A stretch of 63,125 nt of DNA, counting the filler, from Octopus bimaculoides (lineage: Eukaryota): NCBI RefSeq assembly GCF_001194135.2. It is 4 parts of 4 records of this genome, joined end to end, with 100 filler letters (N's around TTAATTAATTAA, not from the genome) between each part and the next. Parts side by side here need not be neighbours in the genome. Positions count along the whole stretch, not along the records: positions 61,989 to 63,125 come from NC_069004.1; 3 more parts are not named here. One strand, given 5' to 3'. A program made the translations under genes and the position numbers. Under the pieces are notes generated by a model. It saw only the letters and a list, made by a program, of their open reading frames with translations, searched no databases and was not told where the DNA came from. Shown here in pieces: positions 63,081-63,125 of the stretch (the stretch's first letter is position 1; each line of letters begins with the position of its first letter).

Positions 63081-63125
<45 letters not shown>

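Overview
Eukaryotic, AT-rich, repeat-dominated draft scaffold. The SINE/LINE/Helitron content looks like coleoid cephalopod DNA, most likely Octopus; this is inferred from recognised repeat families, not from a search. The only host gene I can support is TRAF7 (RING/zinc-finger/WD40 E3 ligase) on the minus strand. I reconstructed four coding exons by hand (30246-30285, 21194-21371, 18878-18953, 9729-9787). They splice in frame through GT-AG introns to HTYCRRCVNNHSDDTCPVDNQKLMIVVANIAVSEQIGELQIHCKYGCKPSEDGSPHVVDTTKCPVIVKLSNRRVHEDECDYVPVECPNNVGCPSLLKKDLESHLRICNNVMCPHQKYG. The 3' exons lie left of the window. The exon with the first RING cysteines is not visible and may be in an N gap or further right. 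The rest is mobile DNA: R4/Dong-like, RTE and CR1-like LINEs, a Penelope RT fossil, several Helitrons, three tRNA-type SINE families, a solo LTR, hAT/piggyBac/Tc1 MITEs, a mariner fragment and microsatellites. Almost all listed ORFs are microsatellite, gap or TE artefacts. No CRISPR, rRNA or true tRNA was seen. I found no convincing wholly new system. The best leads are a Helitron carrying a Merlin-like transposase piece, a 262-bp templated insertion with its donor 2.8 kb away, a ~280-bp inverted repeat near a TRAF7 exon, a sense bias of intronic LINEs, a sharp CpG boundary near 31 kb and a hammerhead-like motif.
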